A DNA stretch of 63,246 bases, filler included, from Octopus bimaculoides (GCF_001194135.2; 7 parts of 7 records of this genome joined end to end with filler, not necessarily neighbours in it), one strand, 5' to 3'; positions 25,343 through 38,342 are shown, numbered from the whole stretch's first letter. Numbers and translations: made by a program. Notes: generated by a model not told the origin, from the sequence alone.

Positions 25343-25620
25343 NNNNNNNNNNNNNNNNNNNNTTATCTTCTGCCCAGATTTTATTCCAAAATTCTTGCAC
25401 TTCTTCTTTTGATGGGACAGACTTTATTGTTACTGGTGTTTTCCCTATCTTCCTGTAGAAATTTTTGGGGTTATTTTTGAACATGTTATTATCTCGGAAG
25501 AATTTAACACGCTTTTCATACCTTGCTATGCGGGCAGCTTTAGCACATACCTTTTGCTTGATGGTTTCTATGGTGGCATCAATGTCAACTATGGTTTTCA
25601 TGTTATATTTTTTCTTTAGT
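25343..25620 (-). mobile_element. R4/Dong-like LINE, region N-terminal to the RT domain
   Basis: ETIKQKVCAKAARIARYEKRVKFFRDNNMFKNNPKNFYRKIG..PSKEEVQEFWNKIW; the 5' truncation abuts (TAA)n. Possibly the same element as 25101-25262 with its middle lost at the scaffold join. Confidence 0.75.
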
Positions 25621-25629
25621 TTTTGGGTC

Positions 25630-25698
<69 letters not shown>

Positions 25699-25704
25699 CA
25701 TGCA

Positions 25705-26040
25705 TTAAAATAGCAAACTGGCAGAAACGTTAGCCAGCCTGACGAAATGCTTAGCGGCATTTCACTCGTCCCTACGTTCTAAACTCCGCCGAGGTCGACT
25801 TTACCTTTCATTTTGTTGGGGTCGATAAAATAAGTACCAGTTGAACACTGGAGTCGATATAATTGACTCATCCCCTCCATCAAAATTGCTGCCCTTGTGG
25901 CTAAATTTGAAGCAATTATTAATATTGTTGTTGTTGCAGGTTCGATGAATTAAGTATGAATTGCGTACTGGGGTCGATCTAATGGACTGGCCACATCCCA
26001 CCAAATTTCATGACTTGTGCCTATAGTAGAGAGGATTATT
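25705..26040 (+). mobile_element. Family A SINE plus a second 3' remnant in tandem
   Basis: CTGGCAGAAACGTTAG..GAGGTCGACTTTACCTTTCAT..; the core and tail repeat at 25935-26040. Confidence 0.8.
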
Positions 26041-26621
26041 ATTGTTGTCGTTGCTTTGATATCTTCAACGAAACTGATTTTATGTTTTATTTGATTTATC
26101 TAACCATCGATAGAACTTCATCATCGGGAATCTTTGTGAATTCATTCACTATTTGTTTGTAATAAATAGAACATTTTATATGGTAAACAGGGAATACATA
26201 ATTAGAAGTGCTTATTTTTTCATAGATTAGCTAGTAGATTCGCTAGAGCGTCGGAAAAACTCATTAGAGGGATTTCTCCCGGCTCTTTACGTTCTAAGTT
26301 TAAATTATTACAGATATCAGCTTTGCCTTTCATAACATCGACTTTCATAGAAAATGCACCATTTGAGCACTGATGACGACGTAATCGATTTTCCGCCACC
26401 ACCCAAAATTACTGGCCATATGCGAATGATTATAAAGAATTATATCTGAACAGAGTTCACTCAGTAGTTACCATATATAACATGAACGCCAACATTACCA
26501 CATTCACATATTCACACATTCACATGCATGGCATGTATGATTGGAATACATAACTGTACGGGAATTTAATCTTGTTAGAAATGTGTCCAAATGTGGTATC
26601 TAGGTTATTATTCTCATTACT

Positions 26622-26698
26622 GGAGGTGCAATGGCCCAGTGGTTATGGTAGCGGACTCGCGGTCATAGGATCGCGGTTTCGATTCGCAGACCGGGTGT
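26622..26698 (+). mobile_element. Family B SINE head (remainder in gap)
   Basis: GGAGGTGCAATGGCCCAGTGGTTA..GGTTTCGATTC matches 12598. Confidence 0.8.
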
Positions 26699-27429
26699 TN
26701 NNNNNNNNNNNNNNNNNNNNNNNNNNNNNNNNNNNNNNNNNNNNNNNNNNNNNNNNNNNNNNNNNNNNNNNNNNNNNNNNNNNNNNNNNNNNNNNNNNNA
26801 TGTATGTATGTATGTATGTATGCATGTATGTATCTATATGTGTGTTTGTGTCTGTTTAGAATGAAGTTATACCATTTAAATGCCAATAACCACCGCAGGG
26901 CGAAGTCACTTCTGATTTTACAATGCACCGCATAGTGTCTGATGCTGATTAATTCTACATTTCTCATGCAGATAAATTTAATGTCATGTAGCAAGCGTTC
27001 AAAACGTTTTAAGAAAAATACATTACAGATACGCCATACTTAATATAGAACAGTTATTGATGTTTTATCTCTACTTTCATTTTAATCTGAATGTAGATTT
27101 TTTTTTAATCAAAATATCCTTTTTCTGGGCTAACCCACCCAAATACAAACAAAAGAGAAATACAAATTTAGACCATCCCATATATATCACAAACATTATA
27201 AATGTTTCATATGTGCGTCTTTGTGTATGAGAGTATCTGCGAGTTTGTGCGTTGCTTATGTGTTTATCTATGTATGTATTTATGTATGTGTGTATATACG
27301 CACACACATTTCAATATATATGCATTTACATAAATGCATACATAAATACACCCAAACTGAGAATACTCGCGCACACATATTCACTCGCATAGACACAAAC
27401 ACACATAAGTTGTTATGTGTTTGTGTATA

Positions 27430-27483
<54 letters not shown>

Positions 27484-28867
27484 CACACATACACACGCAC
27501 ACATAAACAACGCAAACAAACAAATTGCTGCCAATAGTACTTTGATCTTTCAAAGAGGAATTTCTATAGATGTAATGATGTTGAAATTTTTTTTATTAAG
27601 NNNNNNNNNNNNNNNNNNNNNNNNNNNNNNNNNNNNNNNNNNNNNNNNNNNNNNNNNNNNNNNNNNNNNNNNNNNNNNNNNNNNNNNNNNNNNNNNNNNN
27701 NNNNNNNNNNNNNNNNNNNNNNNNNNNNNNNNNNNNNNNNNNNNNNNNNNNNNNNNNNNNNNNNNNNNNNNNNNNNNNNNNNNNNNNNNNNNNNNNNNNN
27801 NNNNNNNNNNNNNNNNNNNNNNNNNNNNNNNNNNNNNNNNNNNNNNNNNNNNNNNNNNNNNNNNNNNNNNNNNNNNNNNNNNNNNNNNNNNNNNNNNNNN
27901 NNNNNNNNNNNNNNNNNNNNNNNNNNNNNNNNNNNNNNNNNNNNNNNNNNNNNNNNNNNNNNNNNNNNNNNNNNNNNNNNNNNNNNNNNNNNNNNNNNNN
28001 NNNNNNNNNNNNNNNNNNNNNNNNNNNNNNNNNNNNNNNNNNNNNNNNNNNNNNNNNNNNNNNNNNNNNNNNNNNNNNNNNNNNNNNNNNNNNNNNNNNN
28101 NNNNNNNNNNNNNNNNNNNNNNNNNNNNNNNNNNNNNNNNNNNNNNNNNNNNNTATGCCTGTATATATGTTTTTATATATATGTACAATAAGCATGTATG
28201 CATCTTTTCACACATAGAGAGTCCCAGACACTCTAATATAAATCGATATGAATATATTTGTGAATGAGACTAAGCTTTTGCACCCCGTTTAGTAGTTATT
28301 TCGGATAGCTATTCATGCGTACGGCTCAAAGCAATTCATCCGGTTGTTTATTTGACACGTGTTTTACCTCCGTGTTACGCTAAACAGGGTTCAATATTTA
28401 TGAATGACAACTATAGAAAGTTTATTATTCGGTCAACGAATCAGACAACTTTGAGGCGCTGTTCACAAATATCAGTAATTTCTCGTCTGCCTGATTTCAT
28501 AATATCCATACCACACAACATAATGGTAACATCGACTTACATGTATGCAACAATAGAGCACATGTGCGCATGTTCCTGTTCATACAGAATACCCAGAGAT
28601 ACGATAATGTATGCATATATATATGCATGTATAACATAATACTGTTTTAAATACAGATGGTGTATACACACACGCACATACAAATATATGTATATGTAAT
28701 GTATACATGCATACATATACATTTATATATGCACATGCATATACGCATACCTATCCGTCTATGAACAGATATATATATATATATATATGTTCATAGACGG
28801 ATAGGTATGTGTATATGCATGTGCATATATAGTTCGATAGAAACAAACACACACACACACACACACG

Positions 28868-28922
<55 letters not shown>

Positions 28923-29102
28923 AAACAAGAAAACAACAACGCGAGGACATGGTACTTGTAGAGTATTAGTAGACGCTCAGGGAAGGAAAGGAAGAGGATT
29001 TAATCTTTCGTGCAAATCTCTTCTTCAGGTAAAGAGGAAAGTTCAATAGAAAGGAAGACGTTGGAAGAAAATCACCAACGATTCACATGGGGTTATATTT
29101 TG

Positions 29103-29502
29103 GTGTCTGTGTGATAAGTAGCTTGCTTACCAACCACATAGTTCTGGGTTCAGTCCCACTGCGTGGTAACTTGGGCAAGTGTCTTCTTGTATAGTCTCGG
29201 GACGACCAAATCCTTGCGAGTGGATTTGGTAGGCGGAAACTGAAAGAGTCCCGTCGTATATATGTGTATATATATGTATGCGTGTGTATATGCTGTGTAT
29301 CCGTGTTTGACCCCCCCCCCCCAAACATCGATTGACAACCAATGCTTGTGTGATTAGGTCCCTGTAATCTAGCGGTTTGGCAAGAGAAACTGATAGAATA
29401 AGCACTGGGCTTACAAAGAGTAAGTCCTAAGGTCGATTTGATTCGACTAAAGGCGGTGCTCCAGCATGACTGCAGTCAAATAACTGAAACACGTAAAGAG
29501 AG
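29103..29502 (+). mobile_element. Family C (CORE-like) tRNA SINE
   Basis: Collinear with 38343-38728; GGGTTCAGTCCCACTGCGTGGTAACTTGGGCAAGTGTC. Confidence 0.88.
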
Positions 29503-29600
29503 TATATATAAAGGTGTTGACTGCCAACTTGTTGGGGCCCCTCTTTCAAGAAGTTTTGACGAACGAAACCATATCATTGGTTAATTATTTTAAAGATATT

Positions 29601-29983
29601 ACTTATTCTATCGTTCCACTAAGTTACGTAAATACAATAAAGCCAGTCGTCAAGCAATGGTGAGGACAAACACAGACACGAAATACACATATACTCGCAC
29701 AGACATACGCACACACGCACCTTTGTGTGTGTGTGTCTTTGTGTATGTGTTTTGAGTGGAAGACAATTTGCAAAGGTTTCCTGCAGTGGATTTGAAAACA
29801 GAACCATATAAATATATATTTATATATGCATATATTAGTGCATGTGTCTGTATTTGTCCCCTCCACCACCTGACAACCGACGTTGTTGCGTTTACATACC
29901 CGTTACTTAGTGGTTCGGCAAAAGGTACCGCTAGAATAAGTATTAGGCATACAAAGAATAAGTCCTGGGGTTGATTTGTTCGA
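29601..29983. mobile_element. Two family C 3' remnants in opposite orientation (minus 29601-29680; plus 29848-29983)
   Basis: Match the 3' module of the 29103 and 38343 copies. Confidence 0.7.
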
Positions 29984-31515
29984 GAAGGTGTTCAGCCATC
30001 GAAGGGTACTATATTAAAAAATAAATCATCAGTAGTCTTGTGCAATGTTTTTTTTACGCTCAATACTTTTCATACACCCCTCNNNNNNNNNNNNNNNNNN
30101 NNNNNNNNNNNNNNNNNNNNNNNNNNNNNNNNNNNNNNNNNNNNNNNNNNNNNNNNNNNNNNNNNNNNNNNNNNNNNNNNNNNNNNNNNNNNNNNNNNNN
30201 NNNNNNNNNNNNNNNNNNNNNNNNNNNNNNNNNNNNNNNNNNNNNNNNNNNNNNNNNNNNNNNNNNNNNNNNNNNNNNNNNNNNNNNNNNNNNNNNNNNN
30301 NNNNNNNNNNNNNNNNNNNNNNNNNNNNNNNNNNNNNNNNNNNNNNNNNNNNNNNNNNNNNNNNNNNNNNNNNNNNNNNNTATATATATATGTATATATA
30401 TATATATGTTTACGTGTATATGCTTATAAATTAATAAGGACTACTTTTAGAGAAATGCCTTTTCTGTACCGTTAGCGACAATGAATTCATACAAAGTTAT
30501 GGAATCGTTTAAAGAGAAATTTACTTAAAATTTCTCTAATGTATCAATAGACAAAAGTTTCTTTTAAAAGAATGACCCTCCTCTGTAATATAGTAATTGC
30601 AGGCAAATTTTTCAAGATACTACTGTACGAGAAGCATCTTGCATACACTCATACTTCATAAAACCACAAGGGCATCTACACACATGATTTAACGAAATAT
30701 ACACTACTAATATATTTAAGGACCGCTATATCTATACACACATACGCATATGTAGGTGGGTAATATCTTCACTCTCATCGCTCAATAATTGAAACCATAC
30801 CAAATGAACCCATGAATAGATAGCTTATCTCCTTGAACGGAATAGTAATTATGCTTCTTATGAAGCAGTATCATATATGTGCAGTGCAGTTTTAGACGCT
30901 ATTCAAAGAAATTATAAAACAGCTTCGCGTTCAGTTAAGATGTGACTTCATGAATCTTCCAACCTGGGTAGTGAAAATTATCCTTTCAAAATCAATGATA
31001 TTCTAGCTCATTGTTGAAAGGAATTATATGATTCATCTAATTAAATTGTCATGTACTCTACGAAACTAGAACAGTTATGGTGCGAGGCACCAAAATAATG
31101 CTGAGATAATCAATAGTCATCATTGTTGAAATTTAGACTCCCACTCTTTTTCTCTCACAGCAGATACACGTGCGCACACGCACACACATACACACATTAC
31201 AAACTTCATTTGCAAGAAATATCTCAGTTTCTTTTCTGTATATAGTAATGTCCTTTCTTGGTTCGTATCCAACAAAAAAATGTGTTTGTTATTTACTTTG
31301 GCTTAGTTTACCATTTCATTCTTTTTCCCTATATATACATACATATATATGATGTAGATATATGTGTATGTATTGATGGATCGATGGATCGATGGACAGA
31401 AATATCAGCTAANNNNNNNNNNNNNNNNNNNNNNNNNNNNNNNNNNNNNNNNNNNNNNNNNNNNNNNNNNNNNNNNNNNNNNNNNNNNNNNNNNNNNNNN
31501 NNNNNNNNNNNNNNN

Positions 31516-31540
<25 letters not shown>

Positions 31541-31549
<9 letters not shown>

Positions 31550-31749
31550 TCAGAAAGGGATAAAACTCTTTTACAAGAATTTTATCAAGAAGCCAGTTTG
31601 TAAAAAAATTCATAAGGGAAATTTCTATTCCCAAGAATATAATTATTCGTTTATATTTATATAAAGGGCATTATTACAGAAAAATAATAACGCCACACAG
31701 TGGACTTCTCAAAATAACTAGATTCAGTACCTAATGCGAGGAAAAACAA
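31541..31749 (-). mobile_element. Fragment of the hammerhead-containing tandem element (see 51521-52185), spanning the unit junction
   Basis: 31660-31749 is near-identical to 51525-51613 and 52086-52173; 31541-31557 matches 51919-51936. Confidence 0.75.
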
Positions 31750-32247
31750 TACATACATACATATATATGATGTAGATATATGTGTATGTATTGATGGATC
31801 GATGGATCGATGGACAGAAATATCAGCTAAATAATCTTTCATTTTATTTTCTACAATCAATAATGGTATACGGAATTTTGAAATATGAATCTTAATCTTT
31901 AAATGGCAATGCATACAACCCAGCGTTAAATGTTACCGACAAAATGTATATAACTCTCTTCATCTGCAATGCTTTATGCTATGCTCATCTGTGTATAAGT
32001 ATGAAAACATACAGTTTTTTATAAAAAAAAAAAAAAAAAAAAAGCTGCTCAAAGTTTTATTGCTTGTATGTTTAACCACATGCATCATTAAGAGCTTCGT
32101 TTACAAAACATATGGCGAGAGATTGACTGGTATAACCCGAAACAGAGAGTGATTCTTCTTAAGATATGCAATAACATTATAACATTTCGTTCGGTGTTCA
32201 GAAATGACATCGTGTCCAATATATTGCATCAAATGCATAACGTTCAA

Positions 32248-32466
32248 TTTCTTTATTGCCCACAAGGGGCTAAATATAGACAGGACAGACAAAGGGGTTA
32301 AGTCGATTACATCGACCCAGTGCGTAACTGGTACTTAATTTATCGACCCCGAAAGGATGAAAGGCAAAGTCGACCTCGGCGGAATTTGAACTCAGAACGT
32401 AACGGCAGACGAAATACCGCTAATCATTTCGCCCGGCTTGCTAACGTTTCTGCCAGCTCGCCGCCT
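32248..32466 (-). mobile_element. Full-length family A SINE with a perfect 19-bp target-site duplication and an alternative tail
   Basis: TCAAATGCATAACGTTCAA at 32229-32247 and 32467-32485; tail ..TTTAGCCCCTTGTGGGCAATAAAGAAA. Confidence 0.92.
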
Positions 32467-34677
32467 TCAAATGCATAACGTTCAACGATTTAAACTAGCA
32501 AATTTTAAAATTTTAAGCTTCGAGCTCCGAAACATCTGGATCATATATATCATAAAAGGAAATGCATTAAGCCATTAGGATTCATATTATTTCCTTGTAA
32601 TTGTCTTTCTTATAATTGAAATCTGTACCCTAAGAAGACAACAAATGAAAATACAGATTTTACTTCTAATGCCTCACTGAAAATATTATCGTAAATAATA
32701 GGAATTAAAGAATAAGAATGTATATGCAATCGCAAAACGGCTGCATGAAGAAACGACCTCTATTCCGGCCTAGATGATGCTGATATTTAATGCTTAATAC
32801 TTTGCAAAATTAACCAGTTAAACATTACTGAAATATACATATTTCTACTTCCTTGTACAGAAAAATTGTTATTAAGTTGAAGCAAGTGCAATAACTTTAG
32901 AAATGAACATTAGATATGCCGTAGATTTCCTGAAGGAAAGTGTTGAATTATGAGGGTTATAGGCAACGAGAGAGAGTGGATCTGAATGAATTCATATATC
33001 AAAAATTTTAAATTGCTTGAGGAGATGGAGTTCTCTGTGAGGTTGTCGATGTAGATAGCTAAAGAGGAAATGATTTTGTGGCTGACAGAACAAAAATTAT
33101 TGTTCAGCTTTGAGGAAGTAGAAATATAAAATAAAACTAGCCTGGAAAGATACGAACATAAGCAAACAGCTAACAAATAACAACATGCAAGAGAAAACAG
33201 TTAGGAATGATGATATATTGATCGGGAAGTGTTCGACAACCAGCACAATAAGGCCTCGTAGAATACATGAAAGGAAAGATTCATTCAACTTCTACTCTAA
33301 CTTCTAATTATTTCAACGAACAAAGACAAAAATGTTGAACTGAAGATACCTTTCAAACACAGCGCAAACTTAAATTCCAAAAAGACAAGGAGAAATGTGA
33401 TAGAAGCGAGAGAAATTAAGCGTTTGGAAGTAATTGGAAACAAAGGATGGAAATGATAGGAAACGATAAGGGGAACAAGTTAAGATAAGCCTAAAATCTT
33501 GCTCACAGTGTTTAAAATCAAGAACCAAGTTTCGTGTAATGCTTTTATGTATCATACACAGACACATACATATATGTGCTTCTATCTATCTATCTTTGTG
33601 TTTCTATCTATCTGTCTATCTAACTATTATCTATCTATCTAATCTATCAACACTCTATCGATTTTCCACACGCATACACTCACATATATGTGTATGTGTG
33701 CGCATTTATAAATAGAAACAGATATGAATACAAACATGCATATGATTATTCTTACATGCATCTTGATTAATATTAACACCAAATACGTCTGAGTGAAGTT
33801 CCATTTTTGGGATCGTATGAAATTCAGGTTAATTCAGAAACACGAACTTTGTTAATATATTATTTGGCATCATAAACATTGACGTGTACAATCTCATGAA
33901 ATATCTACGAAGTGAGTGCCATGTAATTGTACAAACTTTAAGCAAACCATAAAAAGTTTAGATACGGTTATACTCAAACATTTGGTTTTAGTAGATTTCA
34001 TTTCAAATTTCAAGTTTTGAGTTCATAATCTACTAAAATTGTACATAGGTAAATTTGTATATTTCCCCTAGCGAAATAGTTTGATATACATAACACTGTG
34101 TTGTAATGACAGAAAATTGCTGTATCACAACGAGATACTGTAATTGCCTCTAAATACAAGGGTTTAAAAAGACCCACTAATTGACAATCTGCATTCATTT
34201 GGAACATTCTTTAGGCCCTAATTAACAAAGCTCCTCGTTTAGACTTATTCATTTGGAGCATTAAATTTAGTTACGATGAAATATCAACCGAGCCTTTCAT
34301 GAAAAGGTCTATCATACGATATCATAATATGTCTGCCAAGAGATATGAATATACTTATCAGTAGCAATATGTATCTCATAATTTGGATCATTTGTTGTGC
34401 TTGGTGAATCATTTACTTTTCGTGGAAAAATCCGTCTTGAAATTTATACTCACCTGAAATGAGAAAGAAAATAACTTTAAACTATAAGTCCGCATAGCAT
34501 TCATGTACAGAATATATAGCAATTCAATTGACGAAATATAAAGCGTATACATATACACGGATATACCTACGTTTGGATGTATGTGTTATGTAATTTCTAT
34601 TGCGTTAAATTCTTGCGCCTGCGTGTTTCAGGGGTGGGGTGGTAATTGGTTTATGGAAGTACAGGATGTATTAGAAG

Positions 34678-34757
34678 TTTAATAATAATATTAATAATAA
34701 TAATAATAATATTAATAATAATAATGATAATATTAATAATGATAATAATAATAACAA

Positions 34758-34842
<85 letters not shown>

Positions 34843-34845
34843 TTG
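34678..34845. repeat. Head-to-head (AAT)n/(ATT)n microsatellite
   Basis: An AAT-type run switches to an ATT-type run at about 34760. Confidence 0.9.
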
Positions 34846-35488
34846 ATTTAATAATTTTCTTTGACAGATACAAATGCACAAAGTCTAGTAATCAATATCT
34901 TCATAACTGGGTGTATCAACCTTTTTGTCTTTTTGTAATGGACTTTTAGGGATTCACGAGGGAATATAAGTAGGTGGTATGTTTTATCTTTTCAGTTCCT
35001 ATACATGTTATTATTCTTTAGGGCATTTCCTTTTTTTTTTCCATTTCGAAGGTGTCGGTTATTTTGCTTACCTAAAAGAAGAACACACCTAAACTTAAGC
35101 ACCCGCTTTATAAAGCTCTACACTAAATGAATAAATTCTGAATAATAACATAATCCTAAATTTCAGAAAAACTACCCACCAAATTACAGAAAAGCATCTC
35201 TCCGTAACAAACGAAACTAAAATCTAATGACCAACCTGTTGAAAATCATAAAATCAAAGAAGGTTTTGACACAACAAAGCTTACATAAAGCTAAGGTTAA
35301 TTTTAATGGATCACAATCTCACGATGGGTTACCTTCGGAGAAATATGAATTCACTTTCAATGGCATTCGTGCGTGTGTGTGTATATATATATATGCATAT
35401 ATATANNNNNNNNNNNNNNNNNNNNNNNNNNNNNNNNNNNNNNNNNNNNNNNNNNNNNNNNNNNNNNNNNNNNNNNNNNNNNNNNNNN

Positions 35489-35527
<39 letters not shown>

Positions 35528-35530
<3 letters not shown>

Positions 35531-35690
35531 GACGGCCTTCTTTCCGTTTCTATCTATCAACTCCACTCACAAGGCTTTGGTCAGCCAAAGGCTACAGAAG
35601 AAGACGCATGTCCAAAGTTTCACGCAACGGGACTGAACCTGGAACCATGTAGCTGTGAAGCAAGTTCCTTAACACACAGCCACGCCTTCC
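35528..35690 (-). mobile_element. Family C SINE 5' half
   Basis: Reverse complement of 38345-38510. Confidence 0.8.
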
Positions 35691-36769
35691 CCTACATATA
35701 TTTCTCTTCCGTACATTCAGTGCGTGCGCATGTGTACGTATCTATAAATATGTGTATTCATTGTATTGTAACATTTCTTTTTGAAAACCTTATTCACATG
35801 CTAAATGTGAAAATTGTTAAAGCACAAATAGAAATATAATTTGCAATTATTATATTCATTATTTGTTATTAATATTTCGTATTTCCATATATCTGGCCGT
35901 TCATTATACTAGTTTTAGATAACTTAATATAGAATATTATTAGCTTCTGCGTAGCTTTTCTATGATTGCTATATTACAAGTAGATGTTGCCTGAATTTTT
36001 CAAAAGTAGTTTTCATACAGTGATTATTTTTTGCGTGATACCACGATCACTACATCCTTGAAAATCAGTATCCATATCAGGATTAACACTGCCGGTTATT
36101 TCGACCACACTAGAAATACGAAATAGTTCATTTTAGATATCCCGCTTCGTCAATCAGAATCATTACGCCCAAAACTTTGAATCTTTGTAATTCGATAGAT
36201 GACGCCTGCAGAAAATATATGAAATAATACGATTCTTTTATTAATGTCTTCTGCTTATCTGATATCCAAATTAGTCACCGCATACTTTAAGATTGGAGTG
36301 ACAGATACATAGCTTTTGTATTCAATTCCATTAGTAAGTGAAAGTTTTACAAAGTTTTGAATACGAGCCACAAAACAACAATGAAATACTTTGTTTAAAT
36401 TCATATATCATACATTTTCCTATTAAATTTATATTAAATTTCAGCTTTAGAAATCAATATCATATAGTAAGAAGTATTCAGATAACGATTATTGTCACTC
36501 GATGATATATTTTTTTCTAATATGGAGTGTGTGTGTACAAAATTGTACGCGCAATCATTTTTAATAGCTAATGTTTAAATTTTATGGAAATATGTAAACC
36601 TGTAAAAGGAAATGTGAAAATTTCTCTAAAGCGTAGGAAGGTAGTCTCAGGAAATTAAGAATTAATTACCCAATACATACATACAATCATACATACATAC
36701 ATACATACATAGATATATACATATACGGATAATGCATGCATACATATTTAAATAATTCCATATGTAGTC

Positions 36770-37030
36770 TGATGAATAAGTATCCGGACTGATAGACTAA
36801 CGAAGGTAAGGCATGCAGAGTTAAGCTGCTTGCCACAGATTGACCACAAACTTGTTGCTGTACATGCGTACTAAATGTTAACGTTTTAGCTCACTTCCGC
36901 TACTTACAGCAGTGCTTGGAAAGGTGCGTAGCACTTGATGATCGCATTGGACATTAGAGAGAAAGTTGAGCAGAGAATCTGCATCAAATATTACCGAACG
37001 CTTGGCGATACATGTTCAGAGGACTGCGCA
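36770..37030 (+). mobile_element. mariner-like transposon 5' remnant
   Basis: AATAAGTATCCGGAC end-like motif, then DIREKVEQRICIKY..RLGDTCSE, resembling the mariner N-terminal EQR.CIKFC..LG motif. Confidence 0.6.
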
Positions 37031-37339
37031 AAATATTCAAATAGTTTTCATCGTTCTCCACACAATGAAGGAGATTTGTCCAACTGAAACCCGAGTGTCT
37101 TTTTGGTCAGTAGGAGGTAGTTGTGGCACAAACTTGGCAGACACGCGTCTCATACCCAAACCTTCAGTAACAATGGACTGAACTGTATCGTAACTAATCT
37201 ATTTCCTCTTATACCTTTCTCTCGAACAGTGGAGACTCGATATATAAAAGGCACTTCCATTTTTGTTGAGGGTCAAACTAATACACTTGCATGTTGTTCA
37301 TACACTTGTCTTCCTTTTGCTTCTTCTATAAATATGAAC

Positions 37340-37401
<62 letters not shown>

Positions 37402-37863
37402 GTTCACACACACACGTATATATATACCAAAATACATTATACATACATGTATACATGCTTAAAGACACATACCCAAGCATGCGCACACACACAGACACAA
37501 CACGCACACACACAGACATGTGCTTAGGGGAAACTTTCCATGATTTGTCGAAGAGAAAATCTAAATTTCATCAATATTTCATCTCCAAGATATAATTATC
37601 TCGAACACGCCAAAGCAGTTCAGAAAATGTTTAATTTTAACAAAAATGTAGGCATTTAATGTAATAAAATACAGTCATAATAATGTGAACGATATTCTAG
37701 TGGATTTGCAGATTTGCAGTAGATGCTCAAATATGTAGGTGGTATGAGAAGCCACAAGAGTAAATTTGGTGGTCAATAATCATATGCTACTTTGACAAAA
37801 ATAAAATTCCAATGTTTGAACTGAGGTATCCTGCTGCGTTAGCTCACATATATATACATACAT

Positions 37864-37917
<54 letters not shown>

Positions 37918-38062
37918 NNNNNNNNNNNNNNNNNNNNNNNNNNNNNNNNNNNNNNNNNNNNTTAATTAATTAANNNNNNNNNNNNNNNNNNNNNNNNNNN
38001 NNNNNNNNNNNNNNNNNTGTGTGTGTGTGTGTGTGTGTGTGTAAGTATGCATGTATATATAG

Positions 38063-38222
38063 ACTGGCATTCCGTCGGTTACCTCGACAAATGTTCCAGT
38101 TGATCCGATCAACGGAACAGCCTGCTCGTGAAATTAACGTGCAAGTGGCTGAGCACTCCACAGACACGCGTACCCCTAATGTAGTTCTCAGGGAGACTCA
38201 GTGTGACACAGAGTGTGACAAG
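38063..38222 (-). mobile_element. Family B SINE 3' half
   Basis: Collinear with 6783-6940. Confidence 0.85.
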
Positions 38223-38342
38223 GATGGTATGCATAGGCAACTTGCCTCCATTTGTGCCTTGGAGGGGAACTTTCTGGGTGCAATCCCATGCTCCTTCATG
38301 ACCAAAGGGGTCTTTACTCTTTTATATATGTATATATGTACA

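Noticed and set aside
28990-29035. CTGAAGA...GAAA on the minus strand in a Penelope-like remnant
   Set aside because: No stem I or stem II pairing can be drawn; at most a fully decayed core.
32910-33560. Possible very old LINE RT fragment (AIYIDNLTENSISSS, minus strand)
   Set aside because: Only one weak motif resemblance; too decayed to call.
36130-36207. Minus-strand peptide ..ILIDEAGYL resembling a Walker B motif, after a strong acceptor
   Set aside because: Terminates two codons later with no Walker A or other context; coincidence.
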